The notes: a model not told the origin generated them from the sequence alone. Numbered from the stretch's first letter, positions 29,701-38,601 are shown. The stretch: DNA of 64,000 nt from an uncultured Verrucomicrobiae bacterium (GCA_963764165.1 CAVXRD010000001.1:1120001-1184000), one strand, 5' to 3'. Numbers and translations: made by a program.

Positions 29701-32700
29701 CTGTTTTCAATCCGCACCGCATATGCGCCCGCATCCGCGAGAACTACATTGCTGAAAACAAGCGAGGCGGTCGCCGATTGGCCAATCAGGGAGTTGTTCG
29801 TTACCAGCGATGTCCCTTTATACCACTGAAACGCAAAAGGCGCAGAGCCCGCGACTCCCACCGTGAACACAGCGGAACCACCGCAGCCAACCGTCTGGCT
29901 CATTGGCTGCAGTGAGATGCTGGGCGCCAGGCCAACCTGCAAAACCGCGACCGAACTAGTAATCGAACCGAGGCTGTTCGAGACGATGACCCAGTAGGCG
30001 CCGTCGTCGAGAGTCGATACGTTAAAAAGCGTCAGTGCATTGGTGCTGGAGCCTGACACATGCCCTGAATCCGCCAAATTCGTGCCATTCTCGAGCCATT
30101 GGTAGGCAAATGGAGGCAAGCCGCCCGCCGAAATCGCAAACGTCACATTGGTTCCGACAACCGCGAACTGGTTTGTCGGTTGCACCAATATTACCGGCAA
30201 CAGCGTGCATTTGCCCCCGCTTCCAGCATTGAAGATGTTGGCCACTTCGACTCCAGCCAACGCGCGATTGTAATACGCCACGTCGTCGATGATTCCATTG
30301 AAAGAAAACCAGCCCTGAATGCCTCCTGGCCATGGCGGTCCGGTAAAATAGAAGAAATATGGCGAGCCCTCGGTATAGCCGGTGCCCAGTTGATAATAAT
30401 ACGTCTGCGCATACGCATTTTGAACAAACGGCATGCTTCCCACCAGCAGTCCGTCCAGATAGAGAGACTCCACGCTTCCGTCATAAGTCATCGCGACGTG
30501 ATGGAAACGCCCGTCGTTCACCGGAACACCGCCAATGATCTGGTCCCTGTTGCCGTCCCAAAACATCTCGCCGTAAAATCTTCCATCAGTCCCCACGTAG
30601 AGAAGCGGGACCCAGCCCGATGGGGAGCCGAATGCGGGGGAGTTCTGCTGTCCGAGAATGACGCCGTCGGTAGTGGTTTCGAACCACAATTCCAGGGAAA
30701 ATGCCTGATCTCCGACGCCGTTTGTCGGGAATGGGAACATATTGTCAGGGAGCTGCACGTAATTGCTGACTCCGTCAAACAAAAACCCCTGCCCAATCTC
30801 CGCGCTGGCGTAGCTCGCTCCGTTGACCCAAAGGCCATTATTCTTACCCACGATGTCAAACGCATTGCCGTTGGCTGGATACCAACTGGCAATTCCAGAA
30901 GGAGCCTCGACGCACTGCAATGCATCTTCCACGACGACCGTGCGATTGGTGCGCACTGCCACGCCGCTGGGATTTGTCGCGGAATAGGTCAGCGTGTAGA
31001 CCCCAGGGACATTTGAAATGCTCCCGCTCACGGAAATCTGGAGCGTGCCCGCGCACGCGTCACTCGCGGCGGCAAACGGATCAATAAATATGGATCCAGT
31101 CAATAACTGGAACGGGTTCGCTCCGAAAAGAGTGATGGCTGGCTGATCCGAATCCACCACATTCAATGTTGCGACTTTGCTCGTGACCACGCCGAAGAAA
31201 TTGGATGCAACAAGCGTGTAGCTTCCCGAGTCCGAAAGTTGTGGGCTGGTCAAAGCCAGCGAAGGCGTTGCCGCCCCGGAAAGCGTCATAGTGTTCGTCA
31301 ACGGCATTCCATTGAAGCACCATTGAAACCCAATTGTGCCGGACCCGTTGGCGCCCGAGTTGAACGTCACTAACGCACCGCACCCGGCAGTTTGACTCAC
31401 CGGCTGTTCCGTGATGGAAGCCGGCACGCCGACGGAAAGAATCGCGGGGGCGCTCGTGACGGAGCCAAACGCATTCGCCACGATGAAGGAGTAACTGCCT
31501 GCATCTGCGGCGGTGACGCTGGATATGACCAGAGCCTGGCCGGCCACGCCGGAGACATGGCTGTTGTTGACAAGATTTGTTCCATCCAACTGCCATTGCA
31601 CTGTCAGTGGCGTCTGGCCTCCGGCGAGCGCCGTGAATACCGCGTTGGACCCGATTGGGACAAACAGGTTGGTGGGAGGAACAAGCACAATGGGATTGAC
31701 CACGCACTTTCCCGCCGCGGATGCATTGTAAATGGTCGCCACCTCGGATTGGCTGAGCGCCCGCTGGTAAATGGCAATCTCATCCAGCTCTCCATTGAAG
31801 TCGTAGACGCCCGCATTCGTCGCGGCGGTTCCAAAGAAAATCGGCCCCGCCCCGTAATCAGGCGCAAATCCCACGTAGATCTGCCCTTCAAGCTCGCCGT
31901 TCACATACAAACTTGCCGTGCTTCCATCGTAGGTCGCCGCAACGTGATAATACTGGCCTGGGCTGATGAGCGTCGAGGATTGGACGCCAACGGCGCCGGA
32001 TGAAGCCCGGGCCATAATAAATTCAAAGTTGCCAAACTCATTGACTCCCAGCGCATAGCCCGCGTTGGTGCTGCTATTCTGGGTGTAGATAATAGCTTGA
32101 AGGTTCGATTGATAGTAGGACGAATAGAGTTGATCAACCTGGACCCAGGCTTCCAAGGTGAATTGCGAAGGCTTGAGGGAAGCGGAATTGGGGACAAGAA
32201 CGCCAGCGTTTGTTCCATCGAAATAAAAAGCCTCGCCAACGACACCTTCTGCAAAACTCACACCACCGAGCCCCGTCCCGTTGTTGGTTCCGGCGGCATC
32301 GAGAAACGACCATTCGCCCTTCCACCAACCCGCCAGTCCGGACGGGGGTGAAATGCATTCCAGACTGCTCTCAACAAGAACCGTTCTCGTGGCGATCGAC
32401 GTCAGCCCACTTGCGCCCGCAGCGGAGTAGGTCAGGGTGTAGCGGCCAGCAACGGCCGTATTCACGCTGCCTGATTCCGTGACGACGATGGACGGATTGC
32501 ACGCATCCGCAGCGGTGGCGCCCGGGTCGGCGAAAGCCTGGTTCAGCAGCACCTGCATGGGATTCGCCCCTGTGATCACGATGGTGGGAGCCGTGCTGGG
32601 CGAGCAAATCACATTCACGATTCGAGCTACGATGGCGGAGGCCCCAAAGGCGTTTGTTGCCTGGTAATTCAGAACGTAGGCGCCCAAAACACTCGTGTTG

Positions 32701-35700
32701 ACAGTGCCAAAAGTGGTCACCGCCAGCGAAGCTCCCCCGCAGCCATCGGTGGCGGAAGCGCCCGGATCGACGAAAGAGCCATTCAGCGGAATATTTGTTA
32801 TCGCAGAACCCGCCAATATGATACGCGGCGCAGTCGTGGCGGGAAACGAGAGCGTGACAGGCCCGCTGGTGACACTGACAGAGGCGGCCGCCACAATTAC
32901 CGTGTAGAAATTCTGGGAGGACGAGCCTGTCAGATTGCTCAATGCCAGCGTGGAGTTGGTGGCCCCGGCAATCAGATTTGTGCCGAAGGAATACCACTGA
33001 TAGCTAAGCGATGCCGGCCCGCCCGCGAGGGCTGAGAGCATGGCGCTTCCACTGCAGCTTACAGTTGGATTGCCGGGCTGAACCAGAAACAGAGAATTCT
33101 GCGGCTGAATTCGAAAAACGGACCCTTCGCCATTCGTGCCGCCATATTCCGTGGTGCCGTACAGGTTTCCGTCGGATCCTTGGATGACTCCGACTGGATC
33201 ATCCCCATAGAACTCTTGCAAGGTAGTCACCAGGCCGGCTGGCGTCATCTTGAAGACGCTGTATGCGGTTGTGCCGTAAAGATTGCCATCGACGCCGAAT
33301 ACGAGGCTGTTTGGGCTGGCGTCACTGAAAGAATAGAGCGTGGTAAAAATCCCGTCGGGCGCCAGCTTGAATGCGGTGCCGCTGCCATAATTCCCCCCAC
33401 TCGTGCAAATGCCATAAATGCTGCCATCCGGTCCGTGCGCGAGTGTGTTGATTGGATAATAGCCGTCGGACTCGGAAAAGTAATGAAGCGGGCTAAAGCC
33501 GCCATATGGCGTCAGCTCATAAAGCGCGCCGTAACCATACTCACCGCCAAACCGGGTGGTTCCATAAAAATTCCCATCAGCGCCCACGATCAATCCGCCA
33601 TCTGGTTCGTAACCTTCCCCGTTATAATAATCGAAGTCGAAGAGATCTCCCGCACCGCCGCCTGGCTCCACGAAGAATACGCTGCCGTCATCGTAATAGT
33701 AATAGTAGTTGTCGGATCCGCCGTAGTAAGCGGCGCCATAGAACGCGCCGTCAGGCCCCTGGGTCAAACCGGAGAAGTACCCGCCCGACAAAGAAGCCAG
33801 ATTCGTCAGCGCGCCTGATGCGCTTATTTTAAACGCAGTGCCGCCGTCAACATTTCCGCCCAGGGACGTCGTGCCGTAGAAATTACCGTCGGCTCCCTGG
33901 GTAAGCGGAGCATCCGGCTTGGCGCCATTGTTGCCTGGAGTGAACGCGTAGCGGGTGGCGAGCGTCCCATTCGTTCCCAGTTCAAAAAAAGTCCCGCTCG
34001 AATAAGCGCCGCCTTGAGCCAGCCCATAGAGATTTCCATCCGCACCAAAGGTCACACCCGACAGCGGGCCATAGCCATCGTTGAATCCGGTGAAACTCCA
34101 TAAATTTGAAACCAGGCCCGAGGCCGACACTTCAAACACACCGCCCTGCGAATTGGCCCCGCCATCCAAGGTGGTCCCGATGAATGAACCATTTGAGATC
34201 ACCAGCAATGGACCGGTCGGGGTTGCCCCGTCGGTTCCACCAGCGAAGGCGTGCAAGACCTGCTGCCCGCCGCTTTTTGAAATAACAAACAATGTCCCCC
34301 TTGCGCTATCTCCGCCAGACTCGGTGGTTCCGTAAAGATTTCCATCCACACCCTCGGCCAGGCTGATCGGGTACGCTCCGTCGCCGTTTGTTTCACCACC
34401 CGCTGGGAGTCCGCTGAAGGAATACAAAGTGGTGGCGTCGCCCGCTGGGCTGATCGATAACACCGCGCCGGTTCCATTGACCCCGCCGTACTCTGCGGTT
34501 GCATAAAACTGTCCGTTGCTGGTTTGAATCAACGAGGTAATCTCGCCGCTGTATCCTGGAAAGACGGATAGAACTCCCGCCGCGCTGAGCTTAAAGAAGG
34601 CGCCCGTGCCATTCGTGCCGGCCTCGAGGGTGCCGTAAAGGTTGCCATCGCTTCCCCGCAGGAGGCTCGTTGGAATGGCATATCCCGAATTATTGGTGAA
34701 CGAGCGCACCGTCTTGAACTGGCCGCTGGCTGTCAGTTCAAAGATGACTCCGCCACCGCCGCTCCCGTCGGCGGCAGCGCCGAAAAAGCCGCCGTTCGTG
34801 CCAGGCACTAAAGGCAGGTAAGGATTCGCGCCGTCGTTGCCATCTCCGAAGGCATAGATCGTCGTGAGTTGCCCGGACGGAGTCACTTTGAACAAAGTCC
34901 CATATCCTTGGGAAGAGCTGTAACTCTCCCGTCCGTTGCCGCCGTACTCGGTTGTTCCATAGAAGTTTCCATCGCTCCCCAGCGTTAAAGGCGTCTGAGG
35001 ATCGAATCCGCCAAATGTGTTGGTGAAGTAATATAGCGTCGACAAGCTGCCGGCCGGTGTTATTGAGAATACCGTGCCATTGCTGCCAAGCCCCCCATTG
35101 TAGGTTGTCCCATAGAACTTGCCGTCGGTGCCCTCGACTAGGCCGGCCGTGGGATTTGCGCCGTCGATATTTGTCGTGCTTGCGTAATTCATCGCCGAAA
35201 ACGAATACAGCGTCGTAAATTCGGAAGACGGGGTGGAGTCGATCGACCGTGCCGAACTGAATGATTCTCCAGCGGCGTTGCTTACTATGACGGAATAGTC
35301 CCCAAGGCTATTTTGCGGATTGGAGATAATCAAGACCGCGTTTGTCGAACCGGTGATGCCTCCTTGGTCCGCGGCGTTGAGTCCGTTAACCAGCCATTGG
35401 TAGGTCTCCGTGCCGTTGCCAGTCGCAATTCCAAGGACCAATTCCTGCCCGACGGTTTCTGCCACTTCAATTTGGAGTGCTTGAACCGGGGCTGCCGCGC
35501 CCGTGACCTCGAAGATGGTGCCACTGGAGTTGGTGCCACCTTCCTGGGCCATGCCGTAAAGGACGCCCCTGGCATCTTGAATCAAACCATTAGGCTCATC
35601 CCCGTCCACACCGTTGGTAAATGTGTAGAGGTTCATCAAGGTACCGGAGGCGGGATCGACTTCGAAAACCGTGCCGTCGGAATAAAAACCGCCGCCGCTA

Positions 35701-37883
35701 GAGGAGGTCCCATATAGGTCCCCATTTGCGCCCAGCAGCAACGCAGATGACGGGCCGCTGCCATCATCTTCCCCGAGGAAGGAATAAAGCAGAGAATACG
35801 CGCCATTCGTCCCAATCTGGAAAATGGTTCCGCTGCCGCTGGCGCCACCATTGCCCGTAGTGCCATACATGACGCCATTGCTGGCCAAAATCAGCCCGCC
35901 CGGATACGCGCCGTCGCTGTAGTCTGCAAAGACGTGAAGCGTCGTCAGTGTTCCGGAAGGTGACAACCGGAAGACGGTCCCCATTCCGCCACCAGCGCCA
36001 CCGTATAAGGTCGTGCCATAGAACATTCCATCGGGCGCTTGAACCAAACCGCCAGCCGGCTGATAGCCATCGACATAATCACCGCTTTCGTTCGTGACCG
36101 AGGCAAACCGGTGGAAAACGCTAAGCGTTCCAGAAGGCGTCATTTTAAATGCCACACCTCCGTCGTTATATCTATTGGTGCTACCACCGAACTGCGTTGT
36201 CCCATAGAAGTTCCCGTCGCGGCCCTCTACCAGGGCCCCAGCCGGAGATTCGCCATCCAGGTTATCGCCCGTCTGGTTAGTGATCTGCCCAAACGAGTAT
36301 AGGCTCGAAAACGCGCCCGAGGGAGTCAGCTTGAAAATGGTGCCTTCATAATGAGCGCCCCCCTCCAAGGTAGTGCCGTAGAAATTGCCATCGCTTCCCT
36401 GAACGAGCGGGGCTGACGGGTCGGCCCCATCGCTGTCGGTGAACGCGTGAAGACTCGTAGGCGCATGACCGACCACAAATTTGAAGATAGTCCCAAAACC
36501 ATTCGGCCCCGCCGCACCCGTCACGCCGTAGAAAGCTCCATCCGCGCCCTGCACTAACGCGGCGGTGGGATTGGCCCCGTCGGCGTTCTCATTAGCGGGT
36601 TCGCTAAACGAATATAAATTAGAGTAGAGTCCCGCCGGCGACAGGTTAAACACAGTGCCCCCTCCCTGCAACCCGCCGTCTCGTGTCGTTCCATAAAAGA
36701 CGCCGTTGCTTGCCAGCGTAAGCGCGGCGGCAGGTTCGGATCCGCCCGAATAAACGCCAAAGTCATGCACCGTCGTCAATTGGCCTGTGGAAGTCAGCTT
36801 GAAAACTGTTCCGCCGCCATAATCATAATAGGAGTCCGAACCATTGGTGCCACCGAAGGCCGTGGTGCCGTAGAAGTTACCGTCCATCCCCAGCGCCAGC
36901 CCAGCGCCTGGACTTGCGCCATCAATAAATTCGCCTTGGCTGTTTGTCACCGACCCAAAGAGATACAGTGTCGATAAAACGCCGCTTCCCGTGATTTTGA
37001 ACACGGTTCCGGGCCCTTCGTAATCAAAGTAGTTAAAATTGGTATTTCCCCCGCCGCTTGTCGTGCCGTAGAATATTCCATTCGAGTCCTGAATAAGGCC
37101 GCCATTTGGGAATGCGCCATCCAATGGGTTGCCATCGCCATTTGTGGCGGCACCGAAGGAATAAAGGCACGTCAGCGCGCCGCTCGGCGTGATTTTGAAC
37201 AGCGTGCCATAGCCATTCGTTCCGCCGTGGGTGGCAGCGCCGTAGAAATTGCCGTCGGAGCCGAAAAGCAAAGTTCCGGCAGGAGACTCTCCATCCACCC
37301 TATCCCCGCCTGCATCCGTTAGAGAGCCGAAGGAATACAGATTCGTAAAAGCCCCAGCCTCGGTTATCTTGAAAATGGCGCCCCAGCCGTACACCCCACC
37401 GTCCTCCGTGGCGCCGTACAAGTTTCCGCTCGCGTCGAGCGCCAACGCGCCGACAGGATACGAGCCTTCGGCATAATTACCAAAGCTGTGCAGCAGGGTA
37501 AACTGCCCGTTTGTCCCCCACCGGAAGACAACACCGTAATTATTTGATCCGCTGCCGGCTGTGCCGTAGAAATTGCCGTCTGCCCCTTTTACCAATCCAT
37601 TTGGCGCGCTCCCGTCAGCGCCGCCGCCGAACGAATAAAGGTTGGTAAGCGTTCCATTAGAAGAAACCATAAAGATCGCGCCCGACCCGTTCGTTCCGCC
37701 TGCGCTCGCGGTCCCCAAAAAAGCGCCATTGGAAACCGCCACAAGCGCAGACGCTGGATATGCTCCGCTCGCATTTGCATTGTAAATCACTGGCCCAAAG
37801 GAATACAGTGGAACGAGGCCAGCCTTGGCCGAGTTCGCCAGGAAAACGATCAAAATCGCCAAAGAATGCGCGATCGACTTCAT
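20742..37883 (-). CDS. Giant secreted multidomain surface protein (~5,713 aa): TIGR03803/GloVer-type repeats, Ig-like, DUF5011-like, 2 LamG, CARDB repeats, PPC-like, IPT-like, SxDPN domain, C-terminal beta-rich domain
   Basis: Uninterrupted 17-kb ORF; signal peptide MKSIAHSLAILIVFLANSAKA at ATG 37883; many DGNFYGTT..GG..G.GTVFK repeats; YQW..NG Ig units; FxDPGATA units; HVAxTYDG LamG motifs; W.DxVYLS CARDB units. Confidence 0.9.
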   Translation of the reverse strand: MKSIAHSLAILIVFLANSAKAGLVPLYSFGPVIYNANASGAYPASALVAVSNGAFLGTASAGGTNGSGAIFMVSSNGTLTNLYSFGGGADGSAPNGLVKGADGNFYGTAGSGSNNYGVVFRWGTNGQFTLLHSFGNYAEGSYPVGALALDASGNLYGATEDGGVYGWGAIFKITEAGAFTNLYSFGSLTDAGGDRVDGESPAGTLLFGSDGNFYGAATHGGTNGYGTLFKITPSGALTCLYSFGAATNGDGNPLDGAFPNGGLIQDSNGIFYGTTSGGGNTNFNYFDYEGPGTVFKITGSGVLSTLYLFGSVTNSQGEFIDGASPGAGLALGMDGNFYGTTAFGGTNGSDSYYDYGGGTVFKLTSTGQLTTVHDFGVYSGGSEPAAALTLASNGVFYGTTRDGGLQGGGTVFNLSPAGLYSNLYSFSEPANENADGANPTAALVQGADGAFYGVTGAAGPNGFGTIFKFVVGHAPTSLHAFTDSDGADPSAPLVQGSDGNFYGTTLEGGAHYEGTIFKLTPSGAFSSLYSFGQITNQTGDNLDGESPAGALVEGRDGNFYGTTQFGGSTNRYNDGGVAFKMTPSGTLSVFHRFASVTNESGDYVDGYQPAGGLVQAPDGMFYGTTLYGGAGGGMGTVFRLSPSGTLTTLHVFADYSDGAYPGGLILASNGVMYGTTGNGGASGSGTIFQIGTNGAYSLLYSFLGEDDGSGPSSALLLGANGDLYGTSSSGGGFYSDGTVFEVDPASGTLMNLYTFTNGVDGDEPNGLIQDARGVLYGMAQEGGTNSSGTIFEVTGAAAPVQALQIEVAETVGQELVLGIATGNGTETYQWLVNGLNAADQGGITGSTNAVLIISNPQNSLGDYSVIVSNAAGESFSSARSIDSTPSSEFTTLYSFSAMNYASTTNIDGANPTAGLVEGTDGKFYGTTYNGGLGSNGTVFSITPAGSLSTLYYFTNTFGGFDPQTPLTLGSDGNFYGTTEYGGNGRESYSSSQGYGTLFKVTPSGQLTTIYAFGDGNDGANPYLPLVPGTNGGFFGAAADGSGGGGVIFELTASGQFKTVRSFTNNSGYAIPTSLLRGSDGNLYGTLEAGTNGTGAFFKLSAAGVLSVFPGYSGEITSLIQTSNGQFYATAEYGGVNGTGAVLSISPAGDATTLYSFSGLPAGGETNGDGAYPISLAEGVDGNLYGTTESGGDSARGTLFVISKSGGQQVLHAFAGGTDGATPTGPLLVISNGSFIGTTLDGGANSQGGVFEVSASGLVSNLWSFTGFNDGYGPLSGVTFGADGNLYGLAQGGAYSSGTFFELGTNGTLATRYAFTPGNNGAKPDAPLTQGADGNFYGTTSLGGNVDGGTAFKISASGALTNLASLSGGYFSGLTQGPDGAFYGAAYYGGSDNYYYYYDDGSVFFVEPGGGAGDLFDFDYYNGEGYEPDGGLIVGADGNFYGTTRFGGEYGYGALYELTPYGGFSPLHYFSESDGYYPINTLAHGPDGSIYGICTSGGNYGSGTAFKLAPDGIFTTLYSFSDASPNSLVFGVDGNLYGTTAYSVFKMTPAGLVTTLQEFYGDDPVGVIQGSDGNLYGTTEYGGTNGEGSVFRIQPQNSLFLVQPGNPTVSCSGSAMLSALAGGPASLSYQWYSFGTNLIAGATNSTLALSNLTGSSSQNFYTVIVAAASVSVTSGPVTLSFPATTAPRIILAGSAITNIPLNGSFVDPGASATDGCGGASLAVTTFGTVNTSVLGAYVLNYQATNAFGASAIVARIVNVICSPSTAPTIVITGANPMQVLLNQAFADPGATAADACNPSIVVTESGSVNTAVAGRYTLTYSAAGASGLTSIATRTVLVESSLECISPPSGLAGWWKGEWSFLDAAGTNNGTGLGGVSFAEGVVGEAFYFDGTNAGVLVPNSASLKPSQFTLEAWVQVDQLYSSYYQSNLQAIIYTQNSSTNAGYALGVNEFGNFEFIMARASSGAVGVQSSTLISPGQYYHVAATYDGSTASLYVNGELEGQIYVGFAPDYGAGPIFFGTAATNAGVYDFNGELDEIAIYQRALSQSEVATIYNASAAGKCVVNPIVLVPPTNLFVPIGSNAVFTALAGGQTPLTVQWQLDGTNLVNNSHVSGVAGQALVISSVTAADAGSYSFIVANAFGSVTSAPAILSVGVPASITEQPVSQTAGCGALVTFNSGANGSGTIGFQWCFNGMPLTNTMTLSGAATPSLALTSPQLSDSGSYTLVASNFFGVVTSKVATLNVVDSDQPAITLFGANPFQLLTGSIFIDPFAAASDACAGTLQISVSGSISNVPGVYTLTYSATNPSGVAVRTNRTVVVEDALQCVEAPSGIASWYPANGNAFDIVGKNNGLWVNGASYASAEIGQGFLFDGVSNYVQLPDNMFPFPTNGVGDQAFSLELWFETTTDGVILGQQNSPAFGSPSGWVPLLYVGTDGRFYGEMFWDGNRDQIIGGVPVNDGRFHHVAMTYDGSVESLYLDGLLVGSMPFVQNAYAQTYYYQLGTGYTEGSPYFFYFTGPPWPGGIQGWFSFNGIIDDVAYYNRALAGVEVANIFNAGSGGKCTLLPVILVQPTNQFAVVGTNVTFAISAGGLPPFAYQWLENGTNLADSGHVSGSSTNALTLFNVSTLDDGAYWVIVSNSLGSITSSVAVLQVGLAPSISLQPMSQTVGCGGSAVFTVGVAGSAPFAFQWYKGTSLVTNNSLIGQSATASLVFSNVVLADAGAYAVRIENSFGSVTSQIATLSAANDSSPVIAIQGLNPMRIPLGSSFADPGATASNLCGSLSVIASGAVNTGALGSYNITYVATDGLGNSVTNVRLVLVQAPFQVFNSGIADNGVSLPGGYIDPHYTLINSADPGSPGPAAYVFEDVPYNYFEGNTASSAWIGPADSAFGGSSAGGNFTYQMAFDLSIYDPNSAAIFGTWSTDNQGVEILINGQNTGMTANDFSQWYPFSITNGFVAGLNTIEFVVNNSGGPTALRVELSGTATPVVPWPPGNVPNLVLKDVSAVSTAQFGQAFPVTWAVTNMGGAAASNLWNDEVLLSGNPTNLAGAQILASAPAPSVLGAGQSYTNTASVSVSQATGLTPGSYYVVVVADSQNIVAQAIETNDTLAVPISLIYPPLPDLVVSSVTAPGSGVGGQTVEVHWTVCNNGHGDTDVPLWYDHLYLSSTANTGNAVADYGVFANPSYLAVGDCYEQVATVNLPVGVGGSLYFVVQANSTGALFEENETNNIGATASPISIQEVTAGFFHVVSVEVAPAPPSLTWPGAEITCTYVVQNIGQSPITGSWDDQITLSSVSNFVNGVTADYAYEDDITFTGPLAPGAFYTNTGQFTLPQSVGGSSVVGTWFVVPAVDIHFRAGSGDVGRDEMAAALDIIAPPQSDLVTTSVTAPATGVIGQSIHVSWTVENEGINQTSGSYWYDSVYLSLSSNFNAASSMLLGTFGHWGTLALDASYTNSMPVTLPTDIIGTSYIVVVANAGSNITEFTLSNNVLAATNPTVLTVPQPAGLVVTQVGPPGTAVQGAPITVSWSVQNNGAGTTSATSWSDSVYLSPTASLALAQATLVGSVAHNGALAPGASYSQTSTVTLPACPAGSFYVLVQADSGDQVNEGTATNQVGISGSPLTILPNADARLLVSFVDAPATAKAGEPLVVSWAVTDSSSATTNAPWADAVYLSESPEFNPENAILLGLSQHAGNLFGGATYTNSQTNLLPICLTGQYYVYVMADVSNVVNGIPCETNNVARSSSPIQVTATNYPALAVSAISVPTSAQGAVPFAIQWTVTNAGPNAAQGAWVDAVYVSTVPTFDSNAFLMGVYPNPEGLAAGSAYTQNQYVAFSTCAAGDFYVYVIADVSNRFDTAACRGQQPIVATNLVSVSVGAYPQLEVASIHYPSSTTAGQPLAVSWNVINAGTGSATGAWSDSVYLSSSSAFVASNSLLLGTYSPGKSLASDASYTGTINPALPSGLHGKFYVVVVTDSGNAVAECTGQTNNALVSSGTIEVTPATYPDLTVPSVFAPATAYSGQAITVSWIVANDGTASTGGTGWYDTIYLVKSEDQDQSIVQLGTFPRPTSLNAGQTYTNSQSMLLPASAAGFYSIEVIADSGGDLFNGVNEAANIGMTPSTLFVTLTPSADLAASGVTISPSTGLPGDTATISWQVTNDSTNTAPATWTDAVYLSTNTVWDLSAILVTTHDHSNLNPGASYGDSWTGPLPALTPGSYHAIVRTDVRNTLREPNLSNNVAASPTAISVDIPILVLGQSVSNQLSTGVEQYYKVNVPAGQTVQITLNSSSSDSANELYVRYGAVPDLGDYDFVFHNPLSPNQQVQVPTTEAGWYYILVRGTSVPNGPASYVLSSAAIPFAITSVTPVNIGDNGQVTITLNGALFQSGASVRINAGTNTYTAASNIFVNGTTLLARFNFTNAIHGEYDIQVSNPTGVSVIQASALTIETATAVLAQAFNGTVNLLPRIGSPFSWNGYIQNLGNVDVPYLTASILLSQPYSIDLAAGQGATPLVTDQNGNTNTFIVRNLSPGASYAFGFAVSGFGMQSFSYAVAPTAQSTQDFLEQMANIAELARQSLIGETNIDNLPSPLGSLLTNANSWGIFFAQGLADEGLLDKGDIGEFPAPTIESATNFFNNEVGLASLVEGDARRSARPRDIDRQCIQEYSNDAVGTLKSILLGYRNCLGANGTFAFFGRIFLAPEWCTWLMTTAIDADAINEIYQIATHCLHKNPSGTGNMNPVSASDPNAMTGPAGYSTAAFVSVQEPLVYTIYFANETNASAFARQVSISDKMDQNFDIRSFRVGEIAFGSTVITVPTNTAVYQTRVPLPAPNPTNVVADVTVGVDIENRQVFWTVNAIDLNTGSLVANSQEGILPPDNTNQIGEGHVIYTILPKAGTPTGSIVTNQAVIVFDSNEPIPTNPTTNTVDGVPPTSSVTPLASVQLDTNFTVSWFGSDDPGGSGVFDYDVYVSDNAGPWQIWQGGTTLNSATYNGQPGHSYDFYSVARDNAQNLEAAPASYQASTYVLATGQLYILGQPTSQTVLTGQNATFSAGVTGANPISYQWSFDDSAIPGATNAALVLTNVQSKNLGSYSVTVSNSSGAMTSAEAILSLAVPLAIKTQPVNKLKQYDGSEVSFSVTALGTPPLGYQWQKNGIYLTNGAEFAGSTTSNLIIDPLFANDAGSYSVVVTNPYGTITSSNALLTTLPDRTAPGVAISSPAAGARVASSTISGTASDNVQVARVQYWMTNINNGSVVTNEGQAVLAGSATKKTWTITNATLAGSNFLAVQSWDFSSNHSPVESRHFFYKVPSALSLTKGGNGNGTLKGKAAIAGDTVPAEGAKLNIGEGYSLTATPDAHSLFSNWTGSVKSTSASTLDFIMEPGLAIEANFVTNLFLGAAGTYNGLFFVSNDVTASTAGMLSAFKVGTKGGYSGKLLLDGSNYNLSGAFDVGGHAATNVPRAAKYGGALGLDLSLDWNVAPSQLIGTVTGTNGGLWVADLSARLAATKSPSAEYTMLIPPASTATNGPPGNGYALITNKSGSVTLSGMLADGTSFSQAVPISSAGDMPIYSSIYNKSGLLLGWVTLSNGEPQGQLTWVKPASRLAAMYPDGFTNIVLVLGSEWTNRPAHVAPIPFVDGSLTISGGNLTTPLKYSVTVGNTGAVVAVGPNSTGFVSGQINPKTGALTVKFRDGTTTVTGLGAVLQNATNAAGYFTNKTSAGAIILTP

Positions 37884-38306
37884 GCAGTTTGACAGGGGAT
37901 TCCGCTCGTAAGAGCGGTTAAAGGAGGAGGTTGTATTCATAAGCAAGGCGAGCATGAAGATTTGGTTGGCTTGCGGCTTGGGAAATGGCAATGACTGTGG
38001 AGAGTTTCGTTTGAACCAAAAACGGGCTTCCCATTTCACGCAGCCATTTCCTAAACTGACAATCTAAGAATTTTAGGCTGAAGTCAACCGAATATTGGCG
38101 AAGATTCCCATTTACAGTTCCGCAATCGAATCAACGCTTGGAACAACTGATAGCTAAGAAAGAGAGCCCGCCCAAGCCCGAAGGCCAAGGCGAACTCCCT
38201 CTTTCCCTAACCGGCGTAACGGACCCCTTGCCGAGGGCTTTGTGTTGCTCGTAGGCGATTAAAGGCGGCGTTCAAACCTGCAGGCCGTTCGTTCCCGTAT
38301 GGCATC

Positions 38307-38601
38307 GAGGTTCTGTTGCCGTCCAAACGCTGGCGAAAAACACTTGCGGCGTCGTCCACAGTCATGCGTCCAGATTCAACCGATAAAACATCCTCCCCAT
38401 CTCCTTCTGTTTGGAACGAGCGAAATCAGCAAGCCGAAGCTTGGCTACACTGATGACGGTCGTCTTTAAAGTTTGTCGAAAAAGCTTGCCCTTAATGCGA
38501 ACACGGGCGAAATAAACGCCAGATGGCTTGTAACGCACGAGGTTTGCGACCGGGATTTTTACCCAGGCATTTTGATGCGGCTCAGCTTGGCCCGATTTCA
38601 T
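38307..38601 (-). pseudogene. Tyrosine integrase N-terminal remnant, frameshifted and truncated
   Basis: ANLVRYKPSGVYFARVRIKGKLFRQTLKT..VAKLRL resembles an integrase arm domain; after a shift at the G-run (minus strand, near 38395) a second frame continues GRMTVDDAASVFRQRLDGNR; no catalytic domain follows. Confidence 0.7.

Noticed and set aside
37884..38039. ORF-track N-terminal 52 aa of the giant protein
   Set aside because: A clean signal peptide begins at ATG 37883; the upstream residues look non-coding
38161..38202. Branched hairpin between the integrase remnant and the giant gene
   Set aside because: Single imperfect copy; cannot distinguish terminator, repeat or chance
38307..38601. 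Functional integrase through programmed frameshift, or a prophage
   Set aside because: The second frame loses integrase similarity after ~30 codons; no catalytic R-H-R-Y domain and no phage genes
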